Source: Halomicrobium mukohataei DSM 12286
Lineage (GTDB): Archaea; Halobacteriota; Halobacteria; Halobacteriales; Haloarculaceae
Length of the DNA: 32,000 nucleotides
Assembly: GCF_000023965.1 (NCBI RefSeq)
Contig: NC_013202.1
Location: 1,740,001-1,772,000 of the forward strand
Direction of reading: 5' to 3'
Numbering within the stretch: the first letter of the stretch is position 1; each line of letters begins with the position of its first letter. Of this stretch, positions 8,739 to 19,736 are shown in pieces. The notes beneath the pieces are model-generated. The model worked only from the letters and a program-made list of their open reading frames with translations. It was not told where the DNA came from and searched no databases. Position numbers and translations under genes: made by a program.

Positions 8739-9482
8739 ATGCAGGCAACAATCTACGACCTGGACGGTAACGCAGGCGACGAGGTCGATCTGCCCGCGGT
8801 CTTCGAGACCACGGTCCGACCCGATCTCATCGCCACTGCAGTGCGTGCCCAACAGGCAAACCGGAAGCAGGACTACGGGTCCGACGAGTACGCGGGTCTG
8901 CGAACGCCTGCCGAGTCGTTCGGTAGCGGTCGCGGGATGGCCCACGTTCCCCGAGAGGGAGGCCAGGCACGGCGCGTCCCCCAGGCAGTTGGGGGTCGAC
9001 CGGCCCACCCGCCGAAGGCCGAGAAGGACCGATCGCTGACGATCAACGACAAGGAGCGCAAGCTCGCGACGCGCTCGGCCATCGCCGCGACGGCCGACAG
9101 CGAACTCGTCGCCGAGCGCGGTCACGAGTTCGACGACGATCTCGAACTCCCGCTCGTCGTCGACGACTCCTTCGAGGACCTCCAGAAGACCCAGGCCGTC
9201 GTCGACACGCTCGAATCGCTCGGCGTTCACGCCGACATCGAGCGCGCCGACGACACGAAGATCAAGGCCGGCAAGGGCTCCGCCCGCGGGCGGAAGTACC
9301 GCCGACCGTCCTCGATTCTGTTCGTCACCAGCGAGGAGCCGTCGAAGGCGGCTCGCAACCTCGCCGGTGCCGACGTGACCACCGCGCGCGAGGTCAACGC
9401 AGAGGACCTCGCACCGGGGACTGCCCCCGGTCGGCTCACGATCTGGACCGAGAGCGCGCTCGCGGAGGTGTCCGAGCGATGA
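8739..9482 (+). CDS. rpl4: 50S ribosomal protein uL4
   Basis: 247 aa. MQATIYDLDGN...VDLPAVFE N-terminus. Synteny after rpl3. Confidence 0.96.
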   Translation: MQATIYDLDGNAGDEVDLPAVFETTVRPDLIATAVRAQQANRKQDYGSDEYAGLRTPAESFGSGRGMAHVPREGGQARRVPQAVGGRPAHPPKAEKDRSLTINDKERKLATRSAIAATADSELVAERGHEFDDDLELPLVVDDSFEDLQKTQAVVDTLESLGVHADIERADDTKIKAGKGSARGRKYRRPSSILFVTSEEPSKAARNLAGADVTTAREVNAEDLAPGTAPGRLTIWTESALAEVSER

Positions 9483-9736
9483 CGTGGGACGTGATCAAGT
9501 ATCCGCACGTGACCGAGAAGGCCATGAACGACATGGACTTCCAGAACAAGCTGCAGTTCGCCGTCGACTCCGCGGCCTCGAAGCCCGAGGTCGCCGACGC
9601 GGTCGAACAGCAGTACGACGTCACCGTCGAAGCGGTCACGACGCAGAACACGATGGACGGCGAAAAGAAGGCCGTCGTTCGCCTCTCCGAGGACGACGAC
9701 GCCCAGGAAGTCGCCTCCAGGATCGGGGTGTTCTAA
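9479..9736 (+). CDS. rpl23: 50S ribosomal protein uL23
   Basis: 85 aa. VIKYPHVTEKAMN motif. ATGA overlap with the rpl4 stop. Confidence 0.96.
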   Translation: MTWDVIKYPHVTEKAMNDMDFQNKLQFAVDSAASKPEVADAVEQQYDVTVEAVTTQNTMDGEKKAVVRLSEDDDAQEVASRIGVF

Positions 9737-9738
9737 CG

Positions 9739-10461
9739 ATGGGACGACGAATTCAGGGACAACGACGCGGTCGCGGGACGTCCACGTTCCGGGCTCCCTC
9801 GCACCGCTACAAGGCAGACCTGCAGCACCGTAACGTCGAAGACGGCGACGTCGTCTCCGGCACGGTCGTCGACATCGAGCACGATCCCGCCCGCTCGGCA
9901 CCCGTCGCGGCCGTCGAGTTCGAGGACGGCGATCGCCGGCTCGTGCTCGCGCCCGAGGGCGTGGGCGTCGGTGATCGGATGCAGGTGGGTGTCTCCGCGG
10001 CCATCGAGCCCGGCAACACCCTCCCGCTCGCCGAGATCCCGGAAGGGGTCCCGGTGTGCAACGTCGAGGCCAACCAGGGCGACGGCGGTCGCTTCGCCCG
10101 GGCCTCCGGCGTCAGCGCACAGCTGATGACCCACGACCGCAACGTCGCGGTCGTGAAGCTCCCCTCGGGAGCGGTCAAGCGGCTCGACCCGCAGTGTCGT
10201 GCCACTATCGGCGTCGTCGCCGGTGGCGGCCGCACCGAGAAGCCGATGGTCAAAGCCGGCAACAAGCACCACAAGATGAAAGCGCGAGGGACCAAGTGGC
10301 CCAACGTCCGCGGTGTCGCGATGAACGCCGTCGACCACCCGTTCGGTGGCGGCGGCCGACAGCACCCCGGCAAGCCCAAGTCAATCTCGCGTAACGCCCC
10401 GCCGGGTCGGAAGGTCGGGGACATTTCCTCGAAGCGAACCGGTCGAGGTGGCAACGAATGA
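9739..10461 (+). CDS. rpl2: 50S ribosomal protein uL2
   Basis: 240 aa starting [25 protein letters not shown]. Contains [14 protein letters not shown]. The supplied ORF (9484..) runs in frame through rpl23, so the real ATG is at 9739. Confidence 0.96.
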   Translation: MGRRIQGQRRGRGTSTFRAPSHRYKADLQHRNVEDGDVVSGTVVDIEHDPARSAPVAAVEFEDGDRRLVLAPEGVGVGDRMQVGVSAAIEPGNTLPLAEIPEGVPVCNVEANQGDGGRFARASGVSAQLMTHDRNVAVVKLPSGAVKRLDPQCRATIGVVAGGGRTEKPMVKAGNKHHKMKARGTKWPNVRGVAMNAVDHPFGGGGRQHPGKPKSISRNAPPGRKVGDISSKRTGRGGNE

Positions 10462-10880
10462 GTTCAGGATATCAGACTGGTCAGGAGGGTGACTTCACCT
10501 ATCGTGGCCACACGCTCGACGAGCTGCAGGAGCTGTCGCTCGACGAGGTTGCGGAACTGCTCCCCGCTCGCCAGCGGCGAAGTATCACACGCGGTCTGAC
10601 CGACGAGCAACAGAAGCTGCTCGAGGAGGCCCGCGATGCAGAGCCCGAGGAGACGGCGAACAACCCGATCCGAACCCACCTGCGGGATATGCCGATCCTG
10701 CCGGAGTTCGTCGATCTGACCTTCGCCGTCCACAACGGGCAGAGCTTCGAGCGCGTGCAGGTCGAGCCCGAGATGATCGGTCACTATCTCGGCGAGTTCC
10801 AGCTCACTCGGAAGTCGGTCGAACACGGTCAGGCCGGCATCGGGGCGACCCGCTCCTCGAAGTTCGTACCGCTCAAGTAA
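10458..10880 (+). CDS. rps19: 30S ribosomal protein uS19
   Basis: 140 aa. Conserved position after rpl2. [24 protein letters not shown] motif. ATGA overlap. Confidence 0.96.
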   Translation: MSSGYQTGQEGDFTYRGHTLDELQELSLDEVAELLPARQRRSITRGLTDEQQKLLEEARDAEPEETANNPIRTHLRDMPILPEFVDLTFAVHNGQSFERVQVEPEMIGHYLGEFQLTRKSVEHGQAGIGATRSSKFVPLK

Positions 10881-10883
10881 ATC

Positions 10884-11345
10884 ATGGGAATCAGCTACTC
10901 AGTCGACGCCGACCCGGACACGACGGCGAAAGCGATGCTCCGGGAGCGGCAGATGAGCCACAAGCACAGCAAGGCTATCGCTCGGGAGATCAAGGGCATG
11001 ACGGCCGACGACGCGATCGCGTACCTCGAAGACGTGATCGCGGAGAAGCAGTCGGTCCCGTTCAAGTCCCACAACTCGGGCGTCGGCCACCGCAACGACA
11101 TCGACGGCTGGGACGCCGGTCGCTACCCCGAGAAGGCCAGCGAAGCGTTCCTCGACCTGCTGGAAAACGCAGTCGGGAACGCGGACCATCAGGGCTTCGA
11201 CGGCGGGTCCATGGAGATCATGCACGTCGCCGCCCACAAGGTCGGCGAACAGCAGGGTCGCCAGCCCCGCGCGATGGGCCGGGCATCTGCCTGGAACAGT
11301 CCGCAGGTCGACGTCGAACTGATCTTAGAGGAGGTCGACGAATAA
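10884..11345 (+). CDS. rpl22: 50S ribosomal protein uL22
   Basis: 153 aa. MGISYSV...AKAMLRERQMSHKHSKAIAREIKG. Confidence 0.96.
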   Translation: MGISYSVDADPDTTAKAMLRERQMSHKHSKAIAREIKGMTADDAIAYLEDVIAEKQSVPFKSHNSGVGHRNDIDGWDAGRYPEKASEAFLDLLENAVGNADHQGFDGGSMEIMHVAAHKVGEQQGRQPRAMGRASAWNSPQVDVELILEEVDE

Positions 11346-12298
11346 TGGCAGACGAACAGCAGTTCATCGAAGACGGACTTCAGCGGACCCAGATCGACGA
11401 GTTCTTCGCAGACGAACTCGGTCGTGCCGGCTACGGCGGCATGGACGTCGCCAAGACGCCGATGGGGACCCAGATCGTGCTCAAAGCCGAGAAACCCGGT
11501 ATGGTGATCGGGAAGGGTGGGAAGAACATCCGGAAGATCACCACCACCCTCGAAGAGGAGTTCGGCCTCGAAGATCCGCAGGTCGACGTCCAGGAAGTCG
11601 ATGAGCCAGACCTCAACGCCCGCATCGTCGCGGACCGTCTGGGCAATGCCCTCGAACGCGGCTGGTACTTCCGCAAGGCCGGTCACACCACGATCGACCG
11701 GATCATGGAAGCAGGCGCGAAGGGCGCAGAGATCGTCCTCTCCGGGAAGGTCACGGGCGCACGCTCGCGCGTGGAGAAGTTCAACCGTGGCTACATCAAG
11801 CACAACGGTGAGCCCGCGGAGAACATCGTCGACAGCGGCGTCGGCGTCGCTGTGATGAAACTCGGCACCATCGGTGTCCGAGTGAAGATCATCCCGCCGG
11901 AAGCGGAACTCCCCGACGACTTCGAGATCTACGAGGACGTCGAGGTCGAGGACTACGTCGCCGACACCGACGGCGAGTCCGTCGAGGAGCTCCTCGAAGG
12001 CGAGCCCGAAGGCGAGGACGCTGCCGCCGAGCACGGCGCGCAGGCCCCCGCCGACGAGGACGCGGACGAGGACGAACTCGTCGAAGACGTCGACGAGGAG
12101 GTCGTCGAGGAAGCGACAGACGAGTTCGACGATGTCGAGACCCCCTCCGACGAGGACGCCGACGTCGACATCGACGACGTCGAGGAGTCCATCGAGGAGG
12201 ACCTCGACGAGGACACCGCCGCCGAGGCCGAAGATCTCATAGAGGAGATGGACGATGCGGACTCGTCCGCAGACGGCGAGGAGGGTGACGACGAATGA
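11345..12298 (+). CDS. rps3: 30S ribosomal protein uS3 with a roughly 100 aa poly-acidic C-terminal tail
   Basis: 317 aa. KH-domain region [16 protein letters not shown]. The tail is almost pure D/E. TAATG junction with rpl22. Confidence 0.96.
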   Translation: MADEQQFIEDGLQRTQIDEFFADELGRAGYGGMDVAKTPMGTQIVLKAEKPGMVIGKGGKNIRKITTTLEEEFGLEDPQVDVQEVDEPDLNARIVADRLGNALERGWYFRKAGHTTIDRIMEAGAKGAEIVLSGKVTGARSRVEKFNRGYIKHNGEPAENIVDSGVGVAVMKLGTIGVRVKIIPPEAELPDDFEIYEDVEVEDYVADTDGESVEELLEGEPEGEDAAAEHGAQAPADEDADEDELVEDVDEEVVEEATDEFDDVETPSDEDADVDIDDVEESIEEDLDEDTAAEAEDLIEEMDDADSSADGEEGDDE

Positions 12299-12501
12299 CC
12301 GTCATCCACGTCGAGGAGGTCCGCGACATGACGGCCGCCGAGCGCGAGTCGGAACTCGAGGACCTCAAGACGGAACTGCTCAACGCCCGCGCCGTTCAGG
12401 CGGCGGGTGGGGCACCCGAGAATCCGGGTCGCATCGGCGAGCTGCGGAAGGCCATCGCCCGGATCAAGACGATCCAGACCGAAGAAGGGGACCTCGAATG
12501 A
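12295..12501 (+). CDS. rpl29: 50S ribosomal protein uL29
   Basis: 68 aa. [34 protein letters not shown] overlap with rps3. Confidence 0.95.
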   Translation: MTVIHVEEVRDMTAAERESELEDLKTELLNARAVQAAGGAPENPGRIGELRKAIARIKTIQTEEGDLE

Positions 12502-12620
12502 GGTTCGACGGGTCGAAGAGCGCGGACCGACGTTCCGCGGACGGTCGCGTGGCTTCGCCGCGAGACAACTGTCTGACCCGTGAGACGTGTGACGTTGCGA
12601 ACGAAGAGGACTCCGAATGA
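12498..12620 (+). CDS. Candidate 40-codon small ORF filling the rpl29-rnp1 gap (hypothetical)
   Basis: [40 protein letters not shown]. Its ATG overlaps the rpl29 TGA (ATGA) and its TGA overlaps the rnp1 ATG (ATGA). About 70% G/C at third positions. No family recognised. It is below the cutoff of the ORF track as an independent ORF. Confidence 0.3.
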   Translation: MRFDGSKSADRRSADGRVASPRDNCLTRETCDVANEEDSE

Positions 12621-12922
12621 TGCCACTGACACCCGAAACGCTCCCACGACACGAACTCGCCGGCCTCGACGTCGAGGTCGTCGCAGCGGCAAATCCCGAC
12701 GCGATCGGTATCGCCGGGACCGTCGTCACCGAGACGACGAAGACGCTGGGTGTCGAGGGGACCGATCGGGTGTGGCACGTGCCGAAGGACGCGGCGACGT
12801 TCCGGTTCGACCTCCCGGCCGAGGGCGACTCCGAGTCGCGCTCGGTCCGGGTTCGCGGTTCGAACCTGGTCGCCCGCCCCGCTCGACGCACGGAAGCGAC
12901 AGGTGATTCCAAATGGCGCTAG
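12617..12922 (+). CDS. rnp1: RNase P protein component 1 (Rpp29/Pop4 homologue)
   Basis: 101 aa. Conserved archaeal position between rpl29 and rps17. Sm-like barrel motif [35 protein letters not shown]. Overlaps rps17 by 10 nt. Confidence 0.85.
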   Translation: MMPLTPETLPRHELAGLDVEVVAAANPDAIGIAGTVVTETTKTLGVEGTDRVWHVPKDAATFRFDLPAEGDSESRSVRVRGSNLVARPARRTEATGDSKWR

Positions 12923-13239
12923 GACTGAACGTACAGGAACCGGACGAGGCCTGTGCCGACGATAACTGCCCGTTCCACGGCACACTGAGTGTCCGCGGGC
13001 AGACGATCGAAGGCGAGGTCGCGTCCACTGACATGGAGAAGACCGTCGTCGTCGAACGCGAGTACGACGTGAAGGTGCCCAAGTACGACCGGCTGATGAA
13101 GCGACGCAGCCGCGTACCGGCTCACGCACCCGACTGTCTCGACCTCGCGGTCGGCGACACGGTCACGATCGCAGAGTGTCGACCGCTCTCGAAGACGAAA
13201 AGCCACGTTGTCGTTGCAATCGAGGAGGGTGACGACTGA
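12913..13239 (+). CDS. rps17: 30S ribosomal protein uS17
   Basis: 108 aa. [20 protein letters not shown]...; [11 protein letters not shown]. Confidence 0.96.
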   Translation: MALGLNVQEPDEACADDNCPFHGTLSVRGQTIEGEVASTDMEKTVVVEREYDVKVPKYDRLMKRRSRVPAHAPDCLDLAVGDTVTIAECRPLSKTKSHVVVAIEEGDD

Positions 13240-13637
13240 TGGAGGCCCTGAAAGCAGACGTGACGCAGGGTCTCGAGAAGGGCTCGCTGATCACGTGTGC
13301 CGACAACACGGGCGCACGCGAACTGCGAGTCATCAGCGTCTCGGGCTACTCCGGGACGAAGAACCGTCATCCGAAGGCCGGGCTCGGTGACAAGATCACC
13401 GTCTCGGTCACCAAAGGGACGCCGGAGATGCGTCGGCAGGTGCTGGAGGCCGTCGTGGTCCGCCAGCGCAAGCCGATCCGCCGTCCGGACGGTACCCGCG
13501 TCAAGTTCGAAGACAACGCGGCCGTCATCATCAACGAGAACGAAGAACCCCAGGGCTCGGAGATCAAGGGCCCGATCGCTCGCGAGGTCGCCGAACGGTT
13601 CGGCTCCATCGCGAGCACGGCGACGATGATCGTATAG
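13239..13637 (+). CDS. rpl14: 50S ribosomal protein uL14
   Basis: 132 aa. [17 protein letters not shown]...; TGATG junction. Confidence 0.97.
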   Translation: MEALKADVTQGLEKGSLITCADNTGARELRVISVSGYSGTKNRHPKAGLGDKITVSVTKGTPEMRRQVLEAVVVRQRKPIRRPDGTRVKFEDNAAVIINENEEPQGSEIKGPIAREVAERFGSIASTATMIV

Positions 13638-13638
13638 C

Positions 13639-14001
13639 ATGACACGACAACCATCCAAACAGCGCAAGAACGCACGGCGTGCCCCGCTTCACGAGAAGCA
13701 AAAGCAGGTGCGAGCGACGCTGGCCGACGACCTCCGCGAGGAGTACGACCAGCGATCCGTTCGCGTCAACGCGGGCGACACCGTCGAAGTGCTGCGCGGC
13801 GACTACGCAGGCGAAGAGGGCGAAGTCGTCGAGGTCGACCTCGACGACGCCGCCATCTACGTCGAGGACGTGACCGTCGCGGCAGCCGACGGCGAGGACG
13901 TTCCACGCCCGCTGGACGCGAGCAACGTTCGCGTCACGGAGCTGGATCTCGACGACGACCGCCGCGAGGCGCGCCTCGAATCCGAGGAGGACAGCGCATG
14001 A
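13639..14001 (+). CDS. rpl24: 50S ribosomal protein uL24
   Basis: 120 aa. KOW motif [24 protein letters not shown]. Confidence 0.95.
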   Translation: MTRQPSKQRKNARRAPLHEKQKQVRATLADDLREEYDQRSVRVNAGDTVEVLRGDYAGEEGEVVEVDLDDAAIYVEDVTVAAADGEDVPRPLDASNVRVTELDLDDDRREARLESEEDSA

Positions 14002-14795
14002 GTAACCATCAGAAACGACTATCGGTCCCGAAGAGTTGGCCGGTCGAGCGCAAGACCGAGACGTTCACCGTAAAGGCAGACGCTGGTCCCCACGGCGAAG
14101 CAGGAGTCCCCCTCCTGATCGTCCTGCGGGACGTGCTGGGCTACGTGGACTCCCGCAAGGAAGCCCGCTACGCCCTCAACAACGACAGCGTCCTGATCAA
14201 CGGAAAGGCCGTCTCCGACGAGGAACGCCCGGTCGGGATGTTCGACATCCTGGCGTTCGTCGAGCGAGACGAGTACTACCGCGTGTTCCCCGGCGAGGGC
14301 GGTCGGCTGGCGCTGACCCCCATCGACGAGGACAGCGCACAGTCCAAGCTGGGCAAGATCGTCGGCAAGCGAGCGGTCAGCGGCGATCAGATCCAGCTGA
14401 CGCTGCACGACGGCCAGACGCTCCTGGTCGAGGAAGACACCGACTACGACGGTGGCGACTCCATCGTCGTCGCCAACGAGGACAGCGAGTCGCAGGGCGA
14501 CTCGGACAGTTCGAGCGGCGACGAGCCGCGAGAAGGCGAGATCGTCGCTCACTTCGAGTACGAAGCGGGCGCGCTGGTCACCGCCGTCGACGGCGCACAC
14601 GCCGGCGAGATCGGTGAGATCGACGAGATTCAGGTCACGCCGGGGAGCTCCTCGAACAACGTGCTCGTCGAGCAGACCGACGGCGACGGCTTCGAGACCG
14701 TCGAAGAGTACGTCGTCGTCATCGACGAGAACTTCGTCGATGAGGACGCCGAGGACGCAGCCTCACAGGACCCCGAGGGAGGTGACGACGAATGA
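13998..14795 (+). CDS. rps4e: 30S ribosomal protein eS4 with an acidic insert and tail
   Basis: 265 aa. [20 protein letters not shown]-terminus. Acidic insert [21 protein letters not shown] and a D/E-rich C-terminus. Confidence 0.95.
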   Translation: MSNHQKRLSVPKSWPVERKTETFTVKADAGPHGEAGVPLLIVLRDVLGYVDSRKEARYALNNDSVLINGKAVSDEERPVGMFDILAFVERDEYYRVFPGEGGRLALTPIDEDSAQSKLGKIVGKRAVSGDQIQLTLHDGQTLLVEEDTDYDGGDSIVVANEDSESQGDSDSSSGDEPREGEIVAHFEYEAGALVTAVDGAHAGEIGEIDEIQVTPGSSSNNVLVEQTDGDGFETVEEYVVVIDENFVDEDAEDAASQDPEGGDDE

Positions 14796-15319
14796 GCTCC
14801 GAGACCGACGCCGGCTTCCACGAGATGCGCGAGCCCCGCGTCGAGAAGGTCGTCGTCCACATGGGCGTCGGCCAGGGTGGTCGTGAACTCCAGGAAGGCG
14901 AGGAGATCCTCGCCGAGATCGCGGGCCAGCAGCCGGTCCGGACGGTCGCACAGAACACCGTCGGCGAGTTCGAGATCCGCCAGGGCGACCCCATCGGTGC
15001 GAAGGTGACCCTGCGGGCCGACGACGCCCAGGAGTTCCTCGAAACTGCGCTCCCGCTGACGGAGCTGTCAGTTTCGCAGTTCGACGACACCGGCAACTTC
15101 AGCTTCGGTGTCGCGGAACACACCGACTTCCCGAGTCAGGAGTACGACCCGCAGATCGGGATCTACGGGCTGGACGTGACGGTCAACCTCGTCCGCCCCG
15201 GCTACCGCGTGGCCAAGCGCGACAAGGCTTCGCGATCGATCCCGTCCAGCCATCGACTCGACGCCGACGACGCCGCTGCCTACGTCGAGTCGACCTTCGA
15301 CGTGGAGGTGAGCGAATGA
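14792..15319 (+). CDS. rpl5: 50S ribosomal protein uL5
   Basis: 175 aa. [19 protein letters not shown] and [12 protein letters not shown] motifs. Confidence 0.96.
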   Translation: MSSETDAGFHEMREPRVEKVVVHMGVGQGGRELQEGEEILAEIAGQQPVRTVAQNTVGEFEIRQGDPIGAKVTLRADDAQEFLETALPLTELSVSQFDDTGNFSFGVAEHTDFPSQEYDPQIGIYGLDVTVNLVRPGYRVAKRDKASRSIPSSHRLDADDAAAYVESTFDVEVSE

Positions 15320-15489
15320 GCGAAAGCGAATCAGAAACAGAGGCCGAGGAATCGGTCCCGACCGGACAGCTCGAGGCGTGCCAGCGATGCGGTCGCGAGC
15401 AGGGTCTCGTCGGCAAGTACGACATCTGGCTGTGTCGCCAGTGCTTCCGAGAGATCTCTCGGGGCATGGGATTCAAGAAGTACAGCTAA
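15316..15489 (+). CDS. rps14: 30S ribosomal protein uS14 (zinc-ribbon type)
   Basis: Not in the supplied ORF track (57 aa). I translated it by hand: [57 protein letters not shown]. It has CxxC...CxxC. The ATG overlaps the rpl5 TGA. TAA at 15487-15489. Confidence 0.92.
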   Translation: MSESESETEAEESVPTGQLEACQRCGREQGLVGKYDIWLCRQCFREISRGMGFKKYS

Positions 15490-15491
15490 CT

Positions 15492-15884
15492 ATGACAGGA
15501 AACGACCCACTCGCCAACGCGCTGTCGGCGCTCGACAACGCCGAGAGCGTCGGCCACCTCGAACAGACAGTACAGCCCGCTTCGAACGAGATCGGCAGCG
15601 TACTCGAGGTCTTCTACGACCGCGGGTACATCGACGGCTTCCAGTTCGTCGACGACGGTAAAGCCGGCTCCTTCGAGATCGAACTGAAAGGTGCCATCAA
15701 CGAATGTGGCCCGGTCAAGCCCCGCTACACGGCGGGCGCAGACGAGTTCGAAAAGTGGGAGAAACGATTCCTCCCCGCCCGTGACTACGGGACGCTCGTC
15801 GTGACCACCAGCCACGGCATCATGAGCCACTACGAGGCCCGCGAAGAGGGCATCGGTGGCCAGGTCATCGCATACGTCTACTAA
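15492..15884 (+). CDS. rps8: 30S ribosomal protein uS8
   Basis: 130 aa starting MTGNDPLANALSALDNAE. The supplied ORF (15378..) is an in-frame upstream extension through rps14. Confidence 0.95.
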   Translation: MTGNDPLANALSALDNAESVGHLEQTVQPASNEIGSVLEVFYDRGYIDGFQFVDDGKAGSFEIELKGAINECGPVKPRYTAGADEFEKWEKRFLPARDYGTLVVTTSHGIMSHYEAREEGIGGQVIAYVY

Positions 15885-15886
15885 CA

Positions 15887-16423
15887 ATGCCAGAAGTAAC
15901 ACTTGCAATTCCAGACGAGGCAAGCGCGGAGCAGGACCACCTCGACCTCACGGTCGAGGGGCCCAACGGCTCCGTCACACGGCGACTCTGGTATCCGGAC
16001 ATCGACGTCTCCGTTCAGGACGGTAGCGTCGTCATCGCCTCCGAGGAATCGGACGCGAAGACGCGCTCGACGATCGGGACGTTCGAGAGTCACGTCGAGA
16101 ACATGTTCCACGGCGTCACCGAAGGGTGGGAGTACGAGATGGAAGTCTTCTACTCTCACTTCCCGATGCAGGTCGAAGTCGAAGACGGTGACGTCGTCAT
16201 CGAGAACTTCCTCGGCGAGCGAGCGCCCCGACGCGCTCCCATCCACGGCGACACCGACGTGTCCGTCGACGGAGAGGAACTCACTCTCTCCGGCCCGGAC
16301 ATCGAGGCCGTGGGCCAGACAGCCGCAGACATCGAACAGCTCACACGCGTCAACGACAAGGACGTCCGCGTGTTCCAGGACGGCGTGTACATCACGAACA
16401 AGCCCAACCGAGGTGACGCCTGA
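15887..16423 (+). CDS. rpl6: 50S ribosomal protein uL6
   Basis: 178 aa. Two-domain L6 pattern. Conserved spc-operon position. Confidence 0.95.
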   Translation: MPEVTLAIPDEASAEQDHLDLTVEGPNGSVTRRLWYPDIDVSVQDGSVVIASEESDAKTRSTIGTFESHVENMFHGVTEGWEYEMEVFYSHFPMQVEVEDGDVVIENFLGERAPRRAPIHGDTDVSVDGEELTLSGPDIEAVGQTAADIEQLTRVNDKDVRVFQDGVYITNKPNRGDA

Positions 16424-17145
16424 TGGTAGACGACGAAGACGCAACCGAGCAGGGCGACGACGAACTCACCGAACTGACCGACATCAGCGGCGTCGGCGAC
16501 TCGAAAGCAGAGGCCCTCCGAGAGGCCGGCTTCGAGACCGTCGACGACGTTCGCGGTGCCGATCAGTCCCAGCTCGCAAACGTCTCGGGCGTCGGCAACG
16601 CGCTCGCCGCTCGGATCAAGGCCGACGTCGGCAGCCTCGAAGTCGCCGACGACACCGAGGCCGAGGTCGAGGAAGAGGAGACCGACGAGTCCGACGAGGA
16701 CGTCGAGACGGAACTCCGCCCTCGCGGCCTGGTCGACAAGACGCCGACCCTCGACGACGAGGAAGAGCGGCTCCTCACCCAGCGCGACCGGGTCGGCAAG
16801 CCTCAGTTCAACGCACAGGACCACCACAAGAAAAAGCGGATCCCGACCTCTTGGCGCGCGCCCCGTGGCAAGCTCTCGAAGCAGCGCCGCGGCATCAAGG
16901 GCAAGGGCGACAAAGTCGAAGCCGGTTTCCGCTCGCCCACGGCGGTGCGAGGCAAGCACCCGTCGGGCTTCGAGGAGGTCCGCGTCCACAACGTGGACGA
17001 CCTCGAAGGTGTCGACGGTGACCGCGAAGCCGTCCGAATCGCCTCGAAAGTCGGCGCTCGCAAGCGCGAGCGCATCGAAGAGGTCGCCGAGGACGAGGGT
17101 ATCCGCGTACTCAACCCCACCTACGAGGAGGTACAAGTCGAATGA
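16423..17145 (+). CDS. rpl32e: 50S ribosomal protein eL32 with an N-terminal double helix-hairpin-helix extension
   Basis: 240 aa. The C-terminal half is L32e ([27 protein letters not shown]...[16 protein letters not shown]). The N-terminus carries two G-[VI]-G HhH motifs ([30 protein letters not shown]). Confidence 0.93.
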   Translation: MVDDEDATEQGDDELTELTDISGVGDSKAEALREAGFETVDDVRGADQSQLANVSGVGNALAARIKADVGSLEVADDTEAEVEEEETDESDEDVETELRPRGLVDKTPTLDDEEERLLTQRDRVGKPQFNAQDHHKKKRIPTSWRAPRGKLSKQRRGIKGKGDKVEAGFRSPTAVRGKHPSGFEEVRVHNVDDLEGVDGDREAVRIASKVGARKRERIEEVAEDEGIRVLNPTYEEVQVE

Positions 17146-17591
17146 CGGACCTGACAGCACAGAAGCGACTCGCAGCAGACATCCTCGACGTCGGCGAGAA
17201 CAAGGTCTGGTTCGATCCCGAACGCCAGTCCGACCTCGCAGACGCCATCACGCGTGACGACGTCCGCGAGATGATCGACGAGGGTGCCATTCAGGCGAAA
17301 GACGCCCAGGGCAACTCGCGCGGTCAGGCGCGAGCACGCCAGGAGAAGCGAGCGTACGGCCACCAGAAGGGAGCGGGTTCCCGGAAGGGGAAAGCCGGCG
17401 CACGACAGAACGAGAAAAAGGACTGGTCGTCGCGCATCCGAGCCCAGCGAAACTGGCTCAAAGAGCAGCGCGACGACGGCCAACTCGACAGTTCGCAGTA
17501 CCGCGACCTGTACGATCAGGCGGCCGGCGGCGAGTTCGACAGCGTCGCCGACCTGCAACGATACGTCGAAGCAAACTACGGTGACGAATAA
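17142..17591 (+). CDS. rpl19e: 50S ribosomal protein eL19
   Basis: 149 aa. [23 protein letters not shown]. Confidence 0.96.
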   Translation: MTDLTAQKRLAADILDVGENKVWFDPERQSDLADAITRDDVREMIDEGAIQAKDAQGNSRGQARARQEKRAYGHQKGAGSRKGKAGARQNEKKDWSSRIRAQRNWLKEQRDDGQLDSSQYRDLYDQAAGGEFDSVADLQRYVEANYGDE

Positions 17592-18151
17592 TGGCAACAG
17601 GACCACGATACAAGGTGCCGATGCGGCGCCGCCGTGAGGCACGAACGGACTACCATCAGCGGTTGCGCCTGTTGAAATCTGGCAAGCCCCGTCTCGTTGC
17701 TCGAAAGAGCAACAAGCACGTCAGGGCGCAGCTGGTGACGCTCGGCCCCGACGGAGACGAGACCCTCGCTGCAGCACAGTCGCAGGACCTACAGGAGTTC
17801 GGCTGGGAGGCACCGACGGGCAACTTGCCCGCCGCGTACCTCACCGGTCTGCTCGCGGGTCTGCGAGCTATCGAGAACGGCGTCGAGGAGGCGGTCCTCG
17901 ACATCGGGCTCAACAGCCCGACGCCGGGCAGCAAGGTCTTTGCGGTACAGGAAGGTGCAATCGACGCTGGGCTCGAAATCCCCCACAACGACAGTGTGCT
18001 CGCCGACTGGCAGCGAACCCGCGGCTCTCACATCGCGGAGTACGCCGAGTCGCTCGACGAGGACCTCTACGGTCGGGACTTCGACGCTACCGAGCTGCCG
18101 GAGCACTTCGACGAGCTCCGGGAGACACTGCTGGAGGCAGATGAACTATGA
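17591..18151 (+). CDS. rpl18: 50S ribosomal protein uL18
   Basis: 186 aa. [40 protein letters not shown]. Confidence 0.96.
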   Translation: MATGPRYKVPMRRRREARTDYHQRLRLLKSGKPRLVARKSNKHVRAQLVTLGPDGDETLAAAQSQDLQEFGWEAPTGNLPAAYLTGLLAGLRAIENGVEEAVLDIGLNSPTPGSKVFAVQEGAIDAGLEIPHNDSVLADWQRTRGSHIAEYAESLDEDLYGRDFDATELPEHFDELRETLLEADEL

Positions 18152-18780
18152 GTAACGGATGGAACCCACGAACGCGGCTGGGCAAACAGGTCGCCAACGG
18201 CGAGATCGACTCGATGCAGGAGGCGCTGAACTCCGGCCTGCCGCTCAAGGAACCGGAGATCGTCGACCAGCTCGTCCCCGATCTGGAGGACGAAGTCCTG
18301 GACATCAACATGGTCCAGCGGATGACCGACTCCGGACGCCGGGTCAAGTTCCGCTGTGTCGTCGTCGTGGGCAACCGCGACGGGCTCGTCGGCTACGCCG
18401 AGGGGCGTGACGACCAGGTCGGCGGTGCGATCCAGAAGGCGATCGAGATCGGCAAGCTCAACCTCATCGACATCTCCCGTGGCTGCGGTTCCTGGGAGTG
18501 TGGCTGTGGCCGTCCCCACACGGTCGCGCTGCGCACGACCGGCAAGGCCGGGAGCGTCGAGGTCGAGCTCCAGCCCGCACCGCGTGGGCTGGGCCTGGCG
18601 GGCGGAGAGACCGTCCGCAAGGTGCTCGAACTCGCCGGTATCGAAGACATCTGGACCCGCTCGTCGGGCAACACGCGAACGACCGTGAACTTCGCGAAGG
18701 CTACCTTCAACGCCCTGCAGAACACGGCCGAGGCTCGCGTGCCCGAACGTACCTTCGAGAAGCGTGAGGTGATCGAATGA
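18148..18780 (+). CDS. rps5: 30S ribosomal protein uS5
   Basis: 210 aa. [37 protein letters not shown]. Confidence 0.96.
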   Translation: MSNGWNPRTRLGKQVANGEIDSMQEALNSGLPLKEPEIVDQLVPDLEDEVLDINMVQRMTDSGRRVKFRCVVVVGNRDGLVGYAEGRDDQVGGAIQKAIEIGKLNLIDISRGCGSWECGCGRPHTVALRTTGKAGSVEVELQPAPRGLGLAGGETVRKVLELAGIEDIWTRSSGNTRTTVNFAKATFNALQNTAEARVPERTFEKREVIE

Positions 18781-19241
18781 AGGCACTCGTTCAGCTCCGC
18801 GGTGAGGTCGACATGAGCGAGGAGGTATCGGACACGCTGGAGATGCTCAACATCCACGGCGTGAACCACTGCGTGCTGGTCCCCGAGACGGACACCTACC
18901 GTGGCATGGTGACGAAGGTCAACGACTTCGTCGCCCACGGTCAGCCGAGCGTCGACGTCGTCGAGACGCTGCTCGCAAAGCGAGCAGAACCCCTCGAAGG
19001 GTCGGCCGACGTCGACGACGAGTGGATCGCCGAGCAGACCGACTACGACGATCTCGGTGCGCTCGCGCAGGCCCTCGTCGACGAGGAGACGACGCTCCGC
19101 GACGAGGGGCTCTCCCCGACGCTCCGCCTGCACCCGCCCCGTGGCGGCCACGACGGGCTCAAACACGCCGCCACCGAGAGCGGCCAGCTCGGGAAGCACG
19201 ACTCCGAGCAGATCGATCAGCTACTGGAGGCGATGCGATAA
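18777..19241 (+). CDS. rpl30: 50S ribosomal protein uL30
   Basis: 154 aa. [25 protein letters not shown]. Confidence 0.95.
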   Translation: MKALVQLRGEVDMSEEVSDTLEMLNIHGVNHCVLVPETDTYRGMVTKVNDFVAHGQPSVDVVETLLAKRAEPLEGSADVDDEWIAEQTDYDDLGALAQALVDEETTLRDEGLSPTLRLHPPRGGHDGLKHAATESGQLGKHDSEQIDQLLEAMR

Positions 19242-19735
19242 TGACGAGTAAGAAACGACGACAACGAGGTTCGCGCACCCACGGCGGCGGCTCCCACAAG
19301 AACCGCCGCGGTGCCGGTCACCGCGGTGGCCGCGGTCGTGCCGGGCGCGACAAACACGAGTTCCACAACTACGAACCGATCGGCAAGAGCGGCTTCAAGC
19401 GACCCCAGAAGGTCAAAGAAGAGATCGCCGAGATCGAGGTCCGCGAGCTCGACGAGGACGCTGCACTGCTGGCAGCCGAGGGCGTCGCAGAAGAGACCGA
19501 CGGCGGCTACCGCATCGACGCCCGCGAGGTCGTCGACGAGGACGCCGACGCGGTGAAGGTCCTCGGTGCCGGCCAGGTCCGCAACGAGCTCGAACTGGTC
19601 GCCGACGCCTTCTCCGACGGCGCTCGCGAGAAGGTCGAGGCTGCCGGTGGGAGCGTCGAGCTGACCGAGCTCGGCGAGAAGCGCGCACAAGCCAAGGCTG
19701 AAGACGACGAAGACGAAGCAACCGACGAGGAGTAA
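19241..19735 (+). CDS. rpl15: 50S ribosomal protein uL15
   Basis: 164 aa starting [37 protein letters not shown] junction with rpl30. The supplied ORF (19022..) is an in-frame upstream extension. Confidence 0.95.
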   Translation: MTSKKRRQRGSRTHGGGSHKNRRGAGHRGGRGRAGRDKHEFHNYEPIGKSGFKRPQKVKEEIAEIEVRELDEDAALLAAEGVAEETDGGYRIDAREVVDEDADAVKVLGAGQVRNELELVADAFSDGAREKVEAAGGSVELTELGEKRAQAKAEDDEDEATDEE

Positions 19736-19736
19736 C

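Noticed and set aside
7182-9230. 682-aa ORF on the minus strand, antisense to the SPOUT gene, rpl3 and rpl4
   Set aside because: It lies antisense to unmistakable ribosomal protein genes. The product is Arg/Val/Gly-rich with no motif. Long antisense ORFs of this kind are expected in about 65% GC DNA.
12255-12497. Upstream part of the 121-aa ORF 12255-12620, as a long overlapping gene
   Set aside because: This part is simply an alternative frame of the rps3 acidic tail and of rpl29. Only the last 40 codons, which lie in the otherwise empty gap, are worth considering.
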